From positions 96,001-160,000 of the forward strand of contig CAWGKG010000014.1 of the NCBI GenBank assembly GCA_963823035.1: a stretch of 64,000 nucleotides of DNA. The letters run 5' to 3'. Positions 25,839-36,254 of the stretch are shown here, piece by piece; within the stretch, counting starts at the first letter, position 1, and each line of letters begins with the position of its first letter. Made by a program: the position numbers and the translations under genes. The notes beneath the pieces are model-generated. The model made no database searches. It saw nothing but the letters and a program-made list of their open reading frames with translations, and was not told where the DNA came from. The stretch is from an uncultured Gemmatimonadales bacterium. GTDB lineage: Bacteria; Gemmatimonadota; Gemmatimonadetes; Longimicrobiales; Gaopeijiaceae.

Positions 25839-28066
25839 CCCATGTCCTCGTCGTCGAAGTGCTCGCGCCGCTCCACGGCCAGCACGCCCTTCACGCGCCC
25901 GATCGCGCGGCGCACCTTCTCGAGGTGGGTGAGGTCCTGCACCTCGACCACGAACTCCGCCGTCATGCCGCCCTCTCCGGTGCGCATGTCGGCATGCTGG
26001 ATGTCGGTGCCGGTGTCACTGATGGCCTTGGCCACGTCCGAGAGGATCCCCCGGCGGTCCGTGCCGCGCATGTAGAGGCGCACGAAGAAGCGGTCTCCCT
26101 TCTCCGCGGCCCACTCGATCTCCACACGCCGCTCCGGGTCGCGCGCCAGCGCCAGGACGTTGGGACAGTCCTGCCGGTGGATGCTCACCCCCCGGCCCCG
26201 CGTGACGTAGCCCACCACGGCGTCTCCCGGCACGGGCTGACAGCAGCGCGAAAAGCGGACCATGAGGTTGTCCATCCCCTGGATCCGCACGCCGCGTCCC
26301 GAGATGCGCAGCCGCTCCGCCAGCTTCTCGAGCGTGGTGGGTGGGCGCCGCGCGACCTCCGCCGGATCGTGGTCCGGGAAGAGCTGCTTGATCACGGCGG
26401 TCGGGCCCACGTCGCCGCGCCCGAGCGCCGCGTGCACGTGCTCGAAGTCCGGGAAGCCGAGCGTGATGGCCGCCTCGAGGAGGTCGTGGTGGTCCGTGGG
26501 GAGCGAGCGCTTCGCCTTCTTCAGCTCGCGGTCCAGGAACTCGCGGCCGAGCTTGAGCGCCGAATCGAACTCCTCCTTGCGGATCCACTGGCGGATGCGC
26601 TGGCGGGCACGCGACGTCTTCACGAAGGCGAGCCAGTCGCGGTTGGGCCGCTGACGCGCGTTCGTGAGGATCTCGACCGTGTCCCCGTTCCTGAGCTCGC
26701 GCGAGAGCGGCGCGATGCGTCCGTTCACCTTCGCGCCCGCGCAGTGCAGCCCGACCTCGGTGTGGACGCTGAAGGCGAAGTCGATCGGCGTGGAGCCCTG
26801 CGGCACGGACTTCACCTCTCCCTTCGGCGTGAAGACGAAGATCTCGCCCTGGAAGAGGTCCATCCGGAGGAACTCCATGAACTCCTCCGGCTCGCGCGTG
26901 TCCTGCTGCCACTCGAGCACCTGGCGGAACCAGGTCAGCGCCTCGTCCACCTCGCTCTCCGACTTGTCGACGCCCACGGGCTGTCCGTCCAGGCCCTCCT
27001 TGTACCGCCAGTGCGCGGCGATGCCGTACTCCGCGGTGCGGTGCATCTCCTCCGTGCGGATCTGGATCTCGTAGCGCCGCCCTCCCGGCCCGAAGACCGT
27101 GGTGTGGAGGGAGCGGTACATGTTGGACTTCGGCGTGGCGATATAGTCGTGGAAGCGCTCGGGGATGGGGGTCCAGCGACTGTGGATGACGCCGAGCGCC
27201 GCGTAGCAGTTCTGCACGGAGTCCGTGGTGACCCGCATGGCCATGAGGTCGTAGATCTCCTCGTAGGGCCGGTTGCGGTACATCATCTTGCGGTGGATCG
27301 ACCAGAGGTGCTTCGGACGCCCGTGCACCTCGGAGGGGATGCCGGCTTCGGTCAGCGCCTCCTCGAGCGGGCGCTGCAGCTCCAGGATCTGCCGCTCGCG
27401 CTCCTTGCGACGCTGCTTGACCTTCTTGCTCAGGTCGTCGTACGCCTCCGGCTCCAGGAACTTGAACGACAGGTCCTCGAGCTCCCAGCGGATGGCGGCC
27501 ATCCCCAGGCGGTGGGCGAGCGGGGCGTAGATCTCCCGCGTCTCGAGCGCGATGCGCTTCCGCTTCGCCGGCGGCAGGTGCTCCAGCGTGCGCATGTTGT
27601 GGAGCCGGTCGGCCAGCTTGACCAGGATGACGCGCGCGTCCTCGGCCATGCTGAGGAGCATCTTCCGGTAGTTCTCCACCTGCTGCTCGGTGGCCGAGCT
27701 GAACTGCACGCGCCCCAGCTTGGTGACCCCGTCGACGATCGTGGCGACCTCCCCCCCGAAGCGCGCCTCGATGTCGGCGATGGAGATGGCCGTGTCCTCG
27801 ACCGTGTCGTGGATCAGCCCCGTGACGACGGACGCCGTGTCCAGGCGGAGCTGGGCCAGGATCGTGGCCACCTCCACCGTGTGCATGACGTAGTCCTCCC
27901 CCGACGCACGCCGCTGTCCGGAGTGCGCTTCCGCGGCGAGCTCGTACGCCTCGCGGATCTTGTCCACGTCCAGCCGATCCGCGTACGCCTCCAGGGCTCG
28001 TGCAAGGGGGCGTGGAAGACCGCGGATGGTGGGCGTCGGGCCTTGAGTACCTGTGGCCGTCGCCAT
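25829..28066 (-). CDS. rel: Bifunctional (p)ppGpp synthetase/hydrolase (long RSH: HD, SYNTH, TGS, ACT)
   Basis: Intact HD motif [46 protein letters not shown] domain. Confidence 0.95.
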   Translation of the reverse strand: MATATGTQGPTPTIRGLPRPLARALEAYADRLDVDKIREAYELAAEAHSGQRRASGEDYVMHTVEVATILAQLRLDTASVVTGLIHDTVEDTAISIADIEARFGGEVATIVDGVTKLGRVQFSSATEQQVENYRKMLLSMAEDARVILVKLADRLHNMRTLEHLPPAKRKRIALETREIYAPLAHRLGMAAIRWELEDLSFKFLEPEAYDDLSKKVKQRRKERERQILELQRPLEEALTEAGIPSEVHGRPKHLWSIHRKMMYRNRPYEEIYDLMAMRVTTDSVQNCYAALGVIHSRWTPIPERFHDYIATPKSNMYRSLHTTVFGPGGRRYEIQIRTEEMHRTAEYGIAAHWRYKEGLDGQPVGVDKSESEVDEALTWFRQVLEWQQDTREPEEFMEFLRMDLFQGEIFVFTPKGEVKSVPQGSTPIDFAFSVHTEVGLHCAGAKVNGRIAPLSRELRNGDTVEILTNARQRPNRDWLAFVKTSRARQRIRQWIRKEEFDSALKLGREFLDRELKKAKRSLPTDHHDLLEAAITLGFPDFEHVHAALGRGDVGPTAVIKQLFPDHDPAEVARRPPTTLEKLAERLRISGRGVRIQGMDNLMVRFSRCCQPVPGDAVVGYVTRGRGVSIHRQDCPNVLALARDPERRVEIEWAAEKGDRFFVRLYMRGTDRRGILSDVAKAISDTGTDIQHADMRTGEGGMTAEFVVEVQDLTHLEKVRRAIGRVKGVLAVERREHFDDEDMGWV

Positions 28067-28074
28067 AGTGAACG

Positions 28075-29390
28075 CTAAGGTAGGACCGCGGGCGTGGTCG
28101 GGGCGAGAGTGACGATACCCGTCGCTGCGCCCCGCTGGATCCCGCTCACCCTCCCGGAAGGTGCCGCGATCTGCCCCATGAAGAGGATCGTTCCCGACAG
28201 CCGCTCGCGTATCACGAAGAGGAAGGGGCGGTCGACGCGCATGCTGAACCCGCCCCCGGCCGACGTGAGGCCCACCTCGACCGACGTGGCCGCCGCGGCC
28301 TCCGTACCCTCCTCGTTGACGTCCACCCAGCTCTTCTGGAGGACGTTGCTGATGTAGAGCCCGGCGCTCGGCGACAGGGGGCTGAAGTCCGCGACCCGGT
28401 CGTCGAACGCGTCGGTCATGCCCAGCGCCTTCAGGTCTTCGTTGAGCAGGCGCTTGTAGCTCATCCTGAAGCGCGGCAGCCAGAGCGTTCCCTTCACGCC
28501 GTGGAAGCCGCCCACCAGGTCGGCCCACCCGTCGGCGTCGAGGGAGGAGACGAGCTCCTCGAGCGGTACGTCCTCACGCGGAAGGAGGACCGTCATCGAG
28601 AACGCCTGGCCCCCGTACGGGAGGTCGACGGCCTGGTAGTCGGCGCCGGCGCGGTACGGCAGGGTCGCCTCGAGCTTCATCAGCTTCATCGACCGGCTGG
28701 TGCCGTCGGCGAAGTGGAAGGGCTCGTCGCGCGTGTCCCTCGGGTCGAACTCCTGCGTCCAGGTGCCCTTGAAGTAGATCGCGTTGATCAGGTACATGAC
28801 CACTTCTGCGGGGATCGGATCCGGCACGATGGCGTCGATCCTGCCCTTCGTCGCGTCGCTCACCCAGCCGTTGACATGCCCGGCGGCCGACGCCTTCGCG
28901 AAGTCCAGCTCCTCGGCCTCGGCGTCGAAGTACTCCTTCACCGTGTCCAGGAACGTCTGGCGCACCGGGAAGCCCGTGCGCGACCAGACCGAGTTCGCCA
29001 CCGCCATCTCGACGGTCGGATCGAGCCCCAGGAGGAGGTCGATCAGGCCGCGGTACGCCGCGTCGATCTCCTCCATCGTGAGGTCGCCGAAGCCGAGCGC
29101 CGTGCGCATCTGCGCGAGGGTCTCGCCGGCCGTGCCGTTCATCGTCATCCCCAGCGCCATGGAAGCCGACACGGGCGAGAGGAAGAGGTTCGAGTCCGGA
29201 CGGCTGGCCACGTGGAGGAGATCGAAGGCGAAGCGATTGCTCGCCCCGATCACCTCGATCTCGTCGGCGGTCAGCGCCCGGGGCAGCTCGGTGATCTCCT
29301 CGACCGGCCCCGGCCCGACGGGACCGTCACCGCAGGCGGAGAAGGGCGAGGAAGGGTGAGCGTGCCGAGTGCTGCGAGGCGTATCTTCAT
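28075..29390 (-). CDS. Lipoprotein serpin (serine protease inhibitor); apparent indels in the signal peptide near 29345, 3' end uncertain
   Basis: MKIRLAALGTL...SACG lipobox; NLFLSPVS; NAIYFKGTW; EEGTEAAAAT hinge; VDRPFLFVIRE. Confidence 0.9.
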
Positions 29391-29513
29391 CGGTGGTGTT
29401 CCCCGGGGTGTCCGTTGCGTCCGTCCGAAGAGAACGAGCCGGCGGCCCGCGGTGTGACCCGGGAAGGCGCGTCACGGTCGTCCCCTTCCCCGGACGGCGC
29501 AGGTCGGATGGCC

Positions 29514-30260
29514 TCAGCCCATCCGCGCGCGCATCTTCGCGACCCATGCCCCGTCCATCCGCTCCAGGCGCGCCTTCTTCAGGTTCTCGCGGAGCACCCA
29601 GCGCACGTCCGGGCTCCGATCGGCCGTCCGGTGCTCGAAGCGTTTCTTCCCTTCCGACGGACGCGCCACGATGGCCACGCTCCAGCCGTAGCCCAGCGCC
29701 TTGCGCAACACCCGAACGTCGTCGGCGCGCGGGTCCTGCTCCGCCGTGAGGGAGCCCGTGATCCGGTCCAGGATGCCGAGAACGGCGCGGGCGTGGCCCG
29801 GCCCGGCCAGGAGCCGCGGCTCGCACAGCCCCGCGACGATCGCGCGACGCTCCAGCGCCGAACCGTCGGCCCAGGCCTCCATCTCCTCGAGGAGGCGACC
29901 CATGTCCGCGTCCCCGATCCGTTGCAGGCCCATGGCGACCCCCTCCCTCACCCGCCAGCGGGGATCCCCCGCCAGGGCGCGGAGCCGGGGCCAGAGCCCG
30001 CTGTCGCCCGCCGCGATGCGCGCACCAAGGCCGGCGGCCCCGCACGCGGCGACGAACTCTCCGGGCGTATGGGTCGGAGACCCATCCGGGGGGTGTCGCT
30101 CCAGGAGCGCCAGGAAGCGCGGCGTGTCCCCCTCGTCGGCCACAGCCGCCAGCAGCTCGAGGTTGGCGCGCGGGCCCGGGAGGTTGGAATGCGCGAGGAG
30201 GTAGGGCTCCCAGTCGGTGAGGGCGCGGAGGGCGGTGCGGTAGTCGGTGCGGCGGGACAT
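29514..30260 (-). CDS. HEAT-repeat-like helical protein
   Basis: SNLPGPRANLEL; LAGDPRWRVREGVAMGL; DVRWVLRENLKKARL. Confidence 0.65.
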   Translation of the reverse strand: MSRRTDYRTALRALTDWEPYLLAHSNLPGPRANLELLAAVADEGDTPRFLALLERHPPDGSPTHTPGEFVAACGAAGLGARIAAGDSGLWPRLRALAGDPRWRVREGVAMGLQRIGDADMGRLLEEMEAWADGSALERRAIVAGLCEPRLLAGPGHARAVLGILDRITGSLTAEQDPRADDVRVLRKALGYGWSVAIVARPSEGKKRFEHRTADRSPDVRWVLRENLKKARLERMDGAWVAKMRARMG

Positions 30261-30276
30261 GGGCGTGGCGACGTGC

Positions 30277-31755
30277 CTAGTGGGCCCCGCGGCGCGCGAG
30301 CACGGTCGGCACGGTCATGAAGAGGATCCAGAGATCCTGGATGATCGACCAGTTGCGCACGTATTCGAGGTCCATCTCGGCGCGCGCCGGGAAGCCGACG
30401 TCGCTGCGGCCCGAGACCTGCCACGCGCCCGTCATGCCCGGCTTCACGCTGAGCAGGGTGGGAATGAACCCGCTGTACATCTCGAGCTCCGGCTCCACGA
30501 CCGGACGCGGACCCACGAGGGACAGATCCCCCTTCAGGACGTTGAGGAGCTGCGGAAGCTCGTCGAGGCTCGTCTTGCGGAGGAAGCGGCCCACGCGAGT
30601 GACGCGCGGATCCTCGTCTTCGGGCAGCTTGTAGTCGTTCTCGGCGTATCGGTGGTACAACTCGTGGTCTTCCTGCAGGAACGCCTCCGCGTCCGCCCAC
30701 ATGCTCCGGAACTTCAAGAGCTCGAAGAACTCCCCCCCGAGGCCGGCTCGGCGGTGGCGAAAGAAGACCGGGCCCGGCGAGGTCAGCTTCACCGCGAGTC
30801 CGATCCCGAGCATGAGGGGCGCGAAGAACACGAGAAGCGCCAGCGACCCCACGATGTCGAGCGCGCGCTTCAGCACGAACTGGGACGCCCTCAAGGACGG
30901 CGCGGTCATCATGAAGAGCGGCACACCGCGCACCCAGATGCGCGTCGGGTCCACACCGACCAACTGGCCGGTGCGGGGCACGGTGAGGAGATGACAGCCG
31001 TGCGTCAGCGCGAAGTCCGTGATCTGGCCGAACTGCGTGGGAGGCAGGTCTCCGGAGATGAGGAGCGTGTCGACGCCCCCTTCCAGCCAATCCTCCAGGG
31101 CCTCCAGATCGCTCGGGAGGTCTCCGGCCTTCAGCGAAGCCATCACGCGGTAGCGCGGGCCCAGATCCGGCAAGCTTGGAGCCCCCCATCCCCCCCGGAT
31201 CTCCAACACCTGCTGCGCCATACGCTGCCTGGGCAGACGGCGCGCCAGCCAGGACGCGGCAGTGCGCAGGGCTACCAGGCTCATGCCCAGAGTAAACCAG
31301 ACGACAACGCCCCGTACCACGACGAGGACGGCCTGACCGTGCCAGAGATCGCTGTACAGGGCCATCGTGACGGCCAGTGCGGCCGCCGCCAGGATCCGCA
31401 CCGGCTCTCGCCAGAGGTCTCCCGCCCGATAGCCCCCCGTGAGCACCATCGCCAGCACGAGGGCGAAGAGGAGTTGGGCTCCGGATACTGCGGACCGCGG
31501 CAGGAAGCTCAGGGCGAACTCTCGGATCACAGGCCCGAACCACCCACCTCTGGCGAATCGGATCAACTCGCGGCCCCCCGCGAGCGCAGTCCCGTCCACA
31601 GCCAGGAGAACGGCAAGCCGCACCAAGCTCTTGAAGAGGTGCGCCCGCAGGTTCCGCCGCATCCGACGCAGGAAGGACTCCGGCGAAGAGCCGGTCGCGT
31701 CGCGCCGGCCTCCCCGGAGTCCGCCCAACGCTTGAATGTCAGGCGTGGTCAGCAC
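30277..31755 (-). CDS. Polyprenyl-phosphate glycosylphosphotransferase (WcaJ/WbaP-type priming transferase)
   Basis: N-terminal TMs; [45 protein letters not shown]. Confidence 0.92.
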   Translation of the reverse strand: MLTTPDIQALGGLRGGRRDATGSSPESFLRRMRRNLRAHLFKSLVRLAVLLAVDGTALAGGRELIRFARGGWFGPVIREFALSFLPRSAVSGAQLLFALVLAMVLTGGYRAGDLWREPVRILAAAALAVTMALYSDLWHGQAVLVVVRGVVVWFTLGMSLVALRTAASWLARRLPRQRMAQQVLEIRGGWGAPSLPDLGPRYRVMASLKAGDLPSDLEALEDWLEGGVDTLLISGDLPPTQFGQITDFALTHGCHLLTVPRTGQLVGVDPTRIWVRGVPLFMMTAPSLRASQFVLKRALDIVGSLALLVFFAPLMLGIGLAVKLTSPGPVFFRHRRAGLGGEFFELLKFRSMWADAEAFLQEDHELYHRYAENDYKLPEDEDPRVTRVGRFLRKTSLDELPQLLNVLKGDLSLVGPRPVVEPELEMYSGFIPTLLSVKPGMTGAWQVSGRSDVGFPARAEMDLEYVRNWSIIQDLWILFMTVPTVLARRGAH

Positions 31756-31989
31756 TCGCTATGACCGTCCGGTGTCGGAGACTCCGCCTCCACTTGGGGC
31801 GGGTTGGTTGCCAACTTGGGACTGTGTAACAGGTGCGGCAAGAGTTGGACCAACGAGCGGGGGGCCGCCCGAGTCATGCACCTCAAGACTCACGTGCGGG
31901 TCGATCGACGAGCACGGCAGCAACGCCCCTTTCACGCTATTCCTGCGACGGGTACTTCGACCGTCTTCCGTCCACCGTTCAAACCCAGA

Positions 31990-32634
31990 TCACCAAGAGA
32001 TCTGTTCGATTCCTCGAGGCGCCGGCAGACCCCCAGCTCCTTCCACCAGCAAGCGGCGACTCCCTACCATCTCTAGAAACGGGAGGTCTCCAATATCATC
32101 TGTGAATCCAACCGAACCCTGCCAGTCCACCTCGACGTCGCGAAAGTACGCCTTCACCGCCGCTGGCTTTTCGAACCCGAGCAGCTCAGGCCCGTCGATG
32201 CGTCCGGTGAGCGCCCCCCTCTGGTCGCACTCCGGCCTGCAGCAGAGCAAGTCCTCAACCGCGAACTCCTGGCAAAAAGGCTCGACCAAGAAGTCGAAAG
32301 CACCGGTGACCACTGCCGTCCTGAAGCCTTCGCTCCGCAGAGACTCTACTGCCTGCAACCCCAACGTCCTGAGACTGGGACGGATCTTCCGCTCGTAGAG
32401 CCTCCGGCCAAGCGTGCACACCTCGTCATTGCCGAACCGTCGGAGCGTCGAAAGTACGCCTTCCTTGAATCGGCGCGTACCGATGAGCCGCGCCTTTCGC
32501 AGAGCACTCCACCCAAGCACCTGAGGGGCATACCGCAGGTGCCTCGCCCGCTCACCGATGAGGATATGAAGGGTATTCCCCTGTAGGAGGGTCCCGTCGA
32601 AGTCGAACATGGCCAGTCGCACAGGCTCACTCAC
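31990..32634 (-). CDS. HAD-IB family phosphatase
   Basis: Motif I FDFDGTL, motif II VVTG, Lys in FEKP, motif IV FTDDIGDLPFLE. Confidence 0.85.
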   Translation of the reverse strand: MSEPVRLAMFDFDGTLLQGNTLHILIGERARHLRYAPQVLGWSALRKARLIGTRRFKEGVLSTLRRFGNDEVCTLGRRLYERKIRPSLRTLGLQAVESLRSEGFRTAVVTGAFDFLVEPFCQEFAVEDLLCCRPECDQRGALTGRIDGPELLGFEKPAAVKAYFRDVEVDWQGSVGFTDDIGDLPFLEMVGSRRLLVEGAGGLPAPRGIEQISW

Positions 32635-33242
32635 GGCCAGCGCAACCTCCGCACTTCCTCACCGAGCCTGGCGTATTCCTCCTCGAACGTCACGTACTGG
32701 TCTGAGTCGCTGGACCATGGAAACCGGCAGTTCGCACTAAAGAGCGCGTAGTCCACGACGTCACGGCCCATGGCCGTCGTGGCGGTAATGACGGCCACCC
32801 TCGTCCGCATCGGTCCGGCACCTCGCTCAACGGCCCACGATCGCGCAGCAAGCACGGAAGATCCCGAATCCGCTGCGTCATCCAGAATCAGGACCCGCTT
32901 CTCCGACAGGTCGTCTTCTTTGCCCGTCGGCAGCACCTCCCGTGCCCCCCTACGGGCGAAGCGCCGCGTTTGTTCGAAGACCCTCATGCCATCGACGACA
33001 TTCCGAGGTAGTCTTCGAAGTGCGGGTGCCAAGCGCCGCTTCAATCCTGTCGAAGGGCGTCGCACAACGAGAGGGATCAGCCGCCACTCAGTGTGGGCCG
33101 CCAACCTGACCGCCAACAGCCGGGCCCCCCGCTCGAGGTAAACCACCCTGTCCGGCACGAATCCCGACGCGACAATCTGCGACGCGAGGCGCTCTGCGAT
33201 CTCATCGACGTCGGACAAACGCACCTCTCGCACCCTGCTCAT
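32631..33242 (-). CDS. Type I phosphoribosyltransferase-domain protein
   Basis: VYLERGA N-terminal motif; PRPP-binding loop VLILDDAADSGSS; C-terminal FPWS. Confidence 0.8.
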   Translation of the reverse strand: MSRVREVRLSDVDEIAERLASQIVASGFVPDRVVYLERGARLLAVRLAAHTEWRLIPLVVRRPSTGLKRRLAPALRRLPRNVVDGMRVFEQTRRFARRGAREVLPTGKEDDLSEKRVLILDDAADSGSSVLAARSWAVERGAGPMRTRVAVITATTAMGRDVVDYALFSANCRFPWSSDSDQYVTFEEEYARLGEEVRRLRWP

Positions 33243-33321
33243 ATTCGCTGTGAATATGACCGACTTGCCATTGCTCGTCCTCCACCGAGTTGCCGCCAAC
33301 ACGACGCACTTGACCTCTAGT

Positions 33322-34425
33322 TCACTCTTGATGGTACACACCCTTCCCGCTCAGTCGAGCTCTGAGTGACCCCATGACATCGACGAAGAAGCGTGGATCG
33401 AGCATTCGCAAGGCCTGCACTCCAAGAGATCGCAAGCTGTAAGGATCCTTCAGCTTCTCCGCGAAGGAACCGAAGAAAGTGTCGACAGAGAACATGTGCG
33501 GAGTGATGAACCCGCCGCGCACGAAACGGCTACCCTCTCGGGTTGGTTTCCCCAACCGCGATCGACATTCAGACAACGCAGGCGCGTCGACCCCGAACGC
33601 GCCGATGTGCAGCTCGTGGGTTATGGCGAGACTCTCTCCCAGCGCCCGCGTCATGCCGTTCGCCCGAGCAAACTCCACGAACAGGTCGGTGTCGAACCCC
33701 TCCTGCGCTACATAGTGGAGCGCAAGGAAGAAGTGCTCCAACTGGTATGTCCGCTCGGGGAACACACTATGAAACAGAATAATCGCCAACTCCGGCTCCG
33801 ACCTCAACAACCTGACCGGCACCCCTCCCACGATGCCGTCGACCAAGAACGGCCGGAGTCTGTGCTTGTTCAGATATGCGAAGTAGTCGGTCGCCACCTC
33901 TTGGTAGAAGTCGACATAGTACGTTCCGCCCTTCTTGCCGACTCCGACGTGCCCCACCCCCCTGGGATCGACGATGGTCCGCTGCATAGGAGCCCATTCA
34001 TGAAACAGGTAGCCCTCTCTCAGGAGCGCCGCATATACCACTTCATAGTTCTTCTTCGAACCCAAATACAGTACGTCCGTATCATTTGGAGTGGCCGGAA
34101 ACGGCTTGATCGACTTGAACACCACGTACTGGTTCGGGCACATGCGATTGAGTATCCTCGCCACCTCAGCGATCACCGCATGCGTCATACCCTCCCGATG
34201 TCGCAGCACGGACACACGCTCCCTCAGGATCGCGGGCCAGTCGGCCCGTTCGTGGACGGTCAGCAGGAGGAGGGCGACGCGATTCGCGAATGCGTTGTCA
34301 TAAGCCGCCTCGAGTTCCTCAACACCCATTCGGTCCGGTTTGATCCCGACCAGCGGCGAGCCGATGCCCCTGATGAGCTGAAGGGTCGACGGGACGCGAG
34401 CCCCTGTCACGTCTCCATCACTCAC
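33322..34425 (-). CDS. Uncharacterised nucleotidyltransferase (pol-beta fold, NTP_transf_5-like)
   Basis: VVFKS...PNDTDVLY (DxD) and third acidic residue in YVDFY; helical C-terminal domain. Confidence 0.65.
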   Translation of the reverse strand: MSDGDVTGARVPSTLQLIRGIGSPLVGIKPDRMGVEELEAAYDNAFANRVALLLLTVHERADWPAILRERVSVLRHREGMTHAVIAEVARILNRMCPNQYVVFKSIKPFPATPNDTDVLYLGSKKNYEVVYAALLREGYLFHEWAPMQRTIVDPRGVGHVGVGKKGGTYYVDFYQEVATDYFAYLNKHRLRPFLVDGIVGGVPVRLLRSEPELAIILFHSVFPERTYQLEHFFLALHYVAQEGFDTDLFVEFARANGMTRALGESLAITHELHIGAFGVDAPALSECRSRLGKPTREGSRFVRGGFITPHMFSVDTFFGSFAEKLKDPYSLRSLGVQALRMLDPRFFVDVMGSLRARLSGKGVYHQE

Positions 34426-35588
34426 GCTCGGGCAAGGTCACCGTAGGTGGACTCCACAGCAGCACTCAACGCACACACGTCAAATCTCTCACGCACATAG
34501 CGCTGCGCCTCCAAGCCAGCGCCAGACAGATCCTCATGCTGCAGCACCCTAACGACAGCACAGGCCAGCGAGGCCGCGTCCCCGCGATCATAGAGCGCCC
34601 AGTGGTTACTTGCCGGCACTTCCTCCGGGACACCGCCGGCCCTAGGACCTACCACGATCTTCCCGGCCAGCCCCGCCTCCATCACCACTCCCGGTAGGGG
34701 ATCCGGCTCGACGGACGTATGGACTACGACATCCGACGCTCTCATTACCGCTATCGCATCTCGTCTGTCTCCGAGGAAGCGCACCATTTCCGCAAGCCCC
34801 AAAGCCTCGACCCTTCGGCGTACGTTGGCTGCATACTCCTCCTTGCCCGTGACTTCCCCACCGACGATCCAGAATTCTAGATCGGGGCACGCGTCAAGGA
34901 TTGCCGGAGCTGCCTCGACCAGTAGATGCTGGCCTTTCCAAGGCTCAAGCCGTCCGACCACCGTAATCACCACCTTGCCCGGACGGACGCCGAGGTCCGC
35001 CCTCACCGACACACCATCACCGTCCACCTGCCCCACCCGTTCCGGATCGAGCCAGTCGTAGAGGACGATGGCATTCTCTGGAGATCCCAGCGACCGTCGT
35101 ATGGCGGTCGACACACAAAGCACTCGATGGTTGAGCGCGGCTACAGCCCTTCGAATCACCGTCCCCAGCGGCCCAGCAGGGGGAAACATGCGCACATGCT
35201 GCACCGTCGCCGCCCCGCCCAGCCGCCCGCCCAGTGAGGCAAGGAAGTCTAAGAGATCATTGCCGTGGACCACGTCCACCCGCAGCCGACGAACAAGGCG
35301 CGCCACGATCCACACCGTCCGGACCGCTGATGGCAGCAGGCGAAGCCAATACCCGGTACCCTGTCTACGACTCAGCCTCAGCACCGGTCGGACGAGCGTC
35401 TCAATTCCGTGCTGTTGATATAGAGCACAAACCGGTGTTTCAAGGCGAAGCAACACAAATGGCTCGAATCGCGTGCGATCCAGCTGAGTCACCATCTTCA
35501 CCAGGCAGTAGTCCGCCCCGCCTATGTCCACACTATTGGCATGATAGAACAGGACTCGCATTCGACGTTCGCGAGACCCCGTGTCCAT
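34422..35588 (-). CDS. Glycosyltransferase family 4 (GT-B)
   Basis: DIGGAD; VGRLEPWKGQ; EPDPLPGVVMEA. Confidence 0.9.
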   Translation of the reverse strand: MDTGSRERRMRVLFYHANSVDIGGADYCLVKMVTQLDRTRFEPFVLLRLETPVCALYQQHGIETLVRPVLRLSRRQGTGYWLRLLPSAVRTVWIVARLVRRLRVDVVHGNDLLDFLASLGGRLGGAATVQHVRMFPPAGPLGTVIRRAVAALNHRVLCVSTAIRRSLGSPENAIVLYDWLDPERVGQVDGDGVSVRADLGVRPGKVVITVVGRLEPWKGQHLLVEAAPAILDACPDLEFWIVGGEVTGKEEYAANVRRRVEALGLAEMVRFLGDRRDAIAVMRASDVVVHTSVEPDPLPGVVMEAGLAGKIVVGPRAGGVPEEVPASNHWALYDRGDAASLACAVVRVLQHEDLSGAGLEAQRYVRERFDVCALSAAVESTYGDLARA

Positions 35589-36241
35589 CAGTCGAGACCC
35601 TCGCTTCGGACTAGGGCCAATACGTCCTCACAAACCGCCTGGGCCGGTTGATTCGCATCGACTACGACGAATCCTCGCTCACCAGCGATCCTCTCGTACA
35701 GTCTCTGTCGTTCCCGAAGATACTCAACCGACTGGATGTTGCGCTTTCGCGCGTACGCCACCTCGCCGGTCACCCTCAACAACACACCGTGAGACGGAAT
35801 CGGCAACACCGCCTCGAACACCCGAATGATCTTCCTGGCCCACCGCTGGTGTCCCAGCGTCACCGCCATATTCACCGCCTGATCCAGGTAGTATCGGTCT
35901 ACAATGAGCAGCCGCTTCCCGCATCGGCTTCGCGCCCTGAAGACGCGCGGCCACGTCGTGACAACGTAGTCGCCACACCAGAGCGCCACATAGAGTGCGG
36001 CGCCGAGACCACAGCGCTTTGCGGCGCGTTGCTTAGCCGCGCGGTACCCCACGTATTTCCCATGCTCCGAATCTCTTCGCAATATGACGCGTCTTACCAT
36101 CCAGCGCACCGGCGCAAGAAGAAAGGGGCGATGCTGTGCATAGAGCACACAAGTGGCTTCGCCACCAAGTACCCGGCTCAGGTTCCTCGCGAGCGTCGAC
36201 TTCCCAGACCCGTCCACACCCATCACGTAGAGGCCGCGCAC
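35588..36241 (-). CDS. Thymidylate-kinase-like P-loop kinase
   Basis: GVDGSGKST Walker A; IVDRY motif; AYARK lid; VVDANQP. Confidence 0.8.
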   Translation of the reverse strand: MRGLYVMGVDGSGKSTLARNLSRVLGGEATCVLYAQHRPFLLAPVRWMVRRVILRRDSEHGKYVGYRAAKQRAAKRCGLGAALYVALWCGDYVVTTWPRVFRARSRCGKRLLIVDRYYLDQAVNMAVTLGHQRWARKIIRVFEAVLPIPSHGVLLRVTGEVAYARKRNIQSVEYLRERQRLYERIAGERGFVVVDANQPAQAVCEDVLALVRSEGLD

Positions 36242-36254
36242 TATCGATCGCCTC

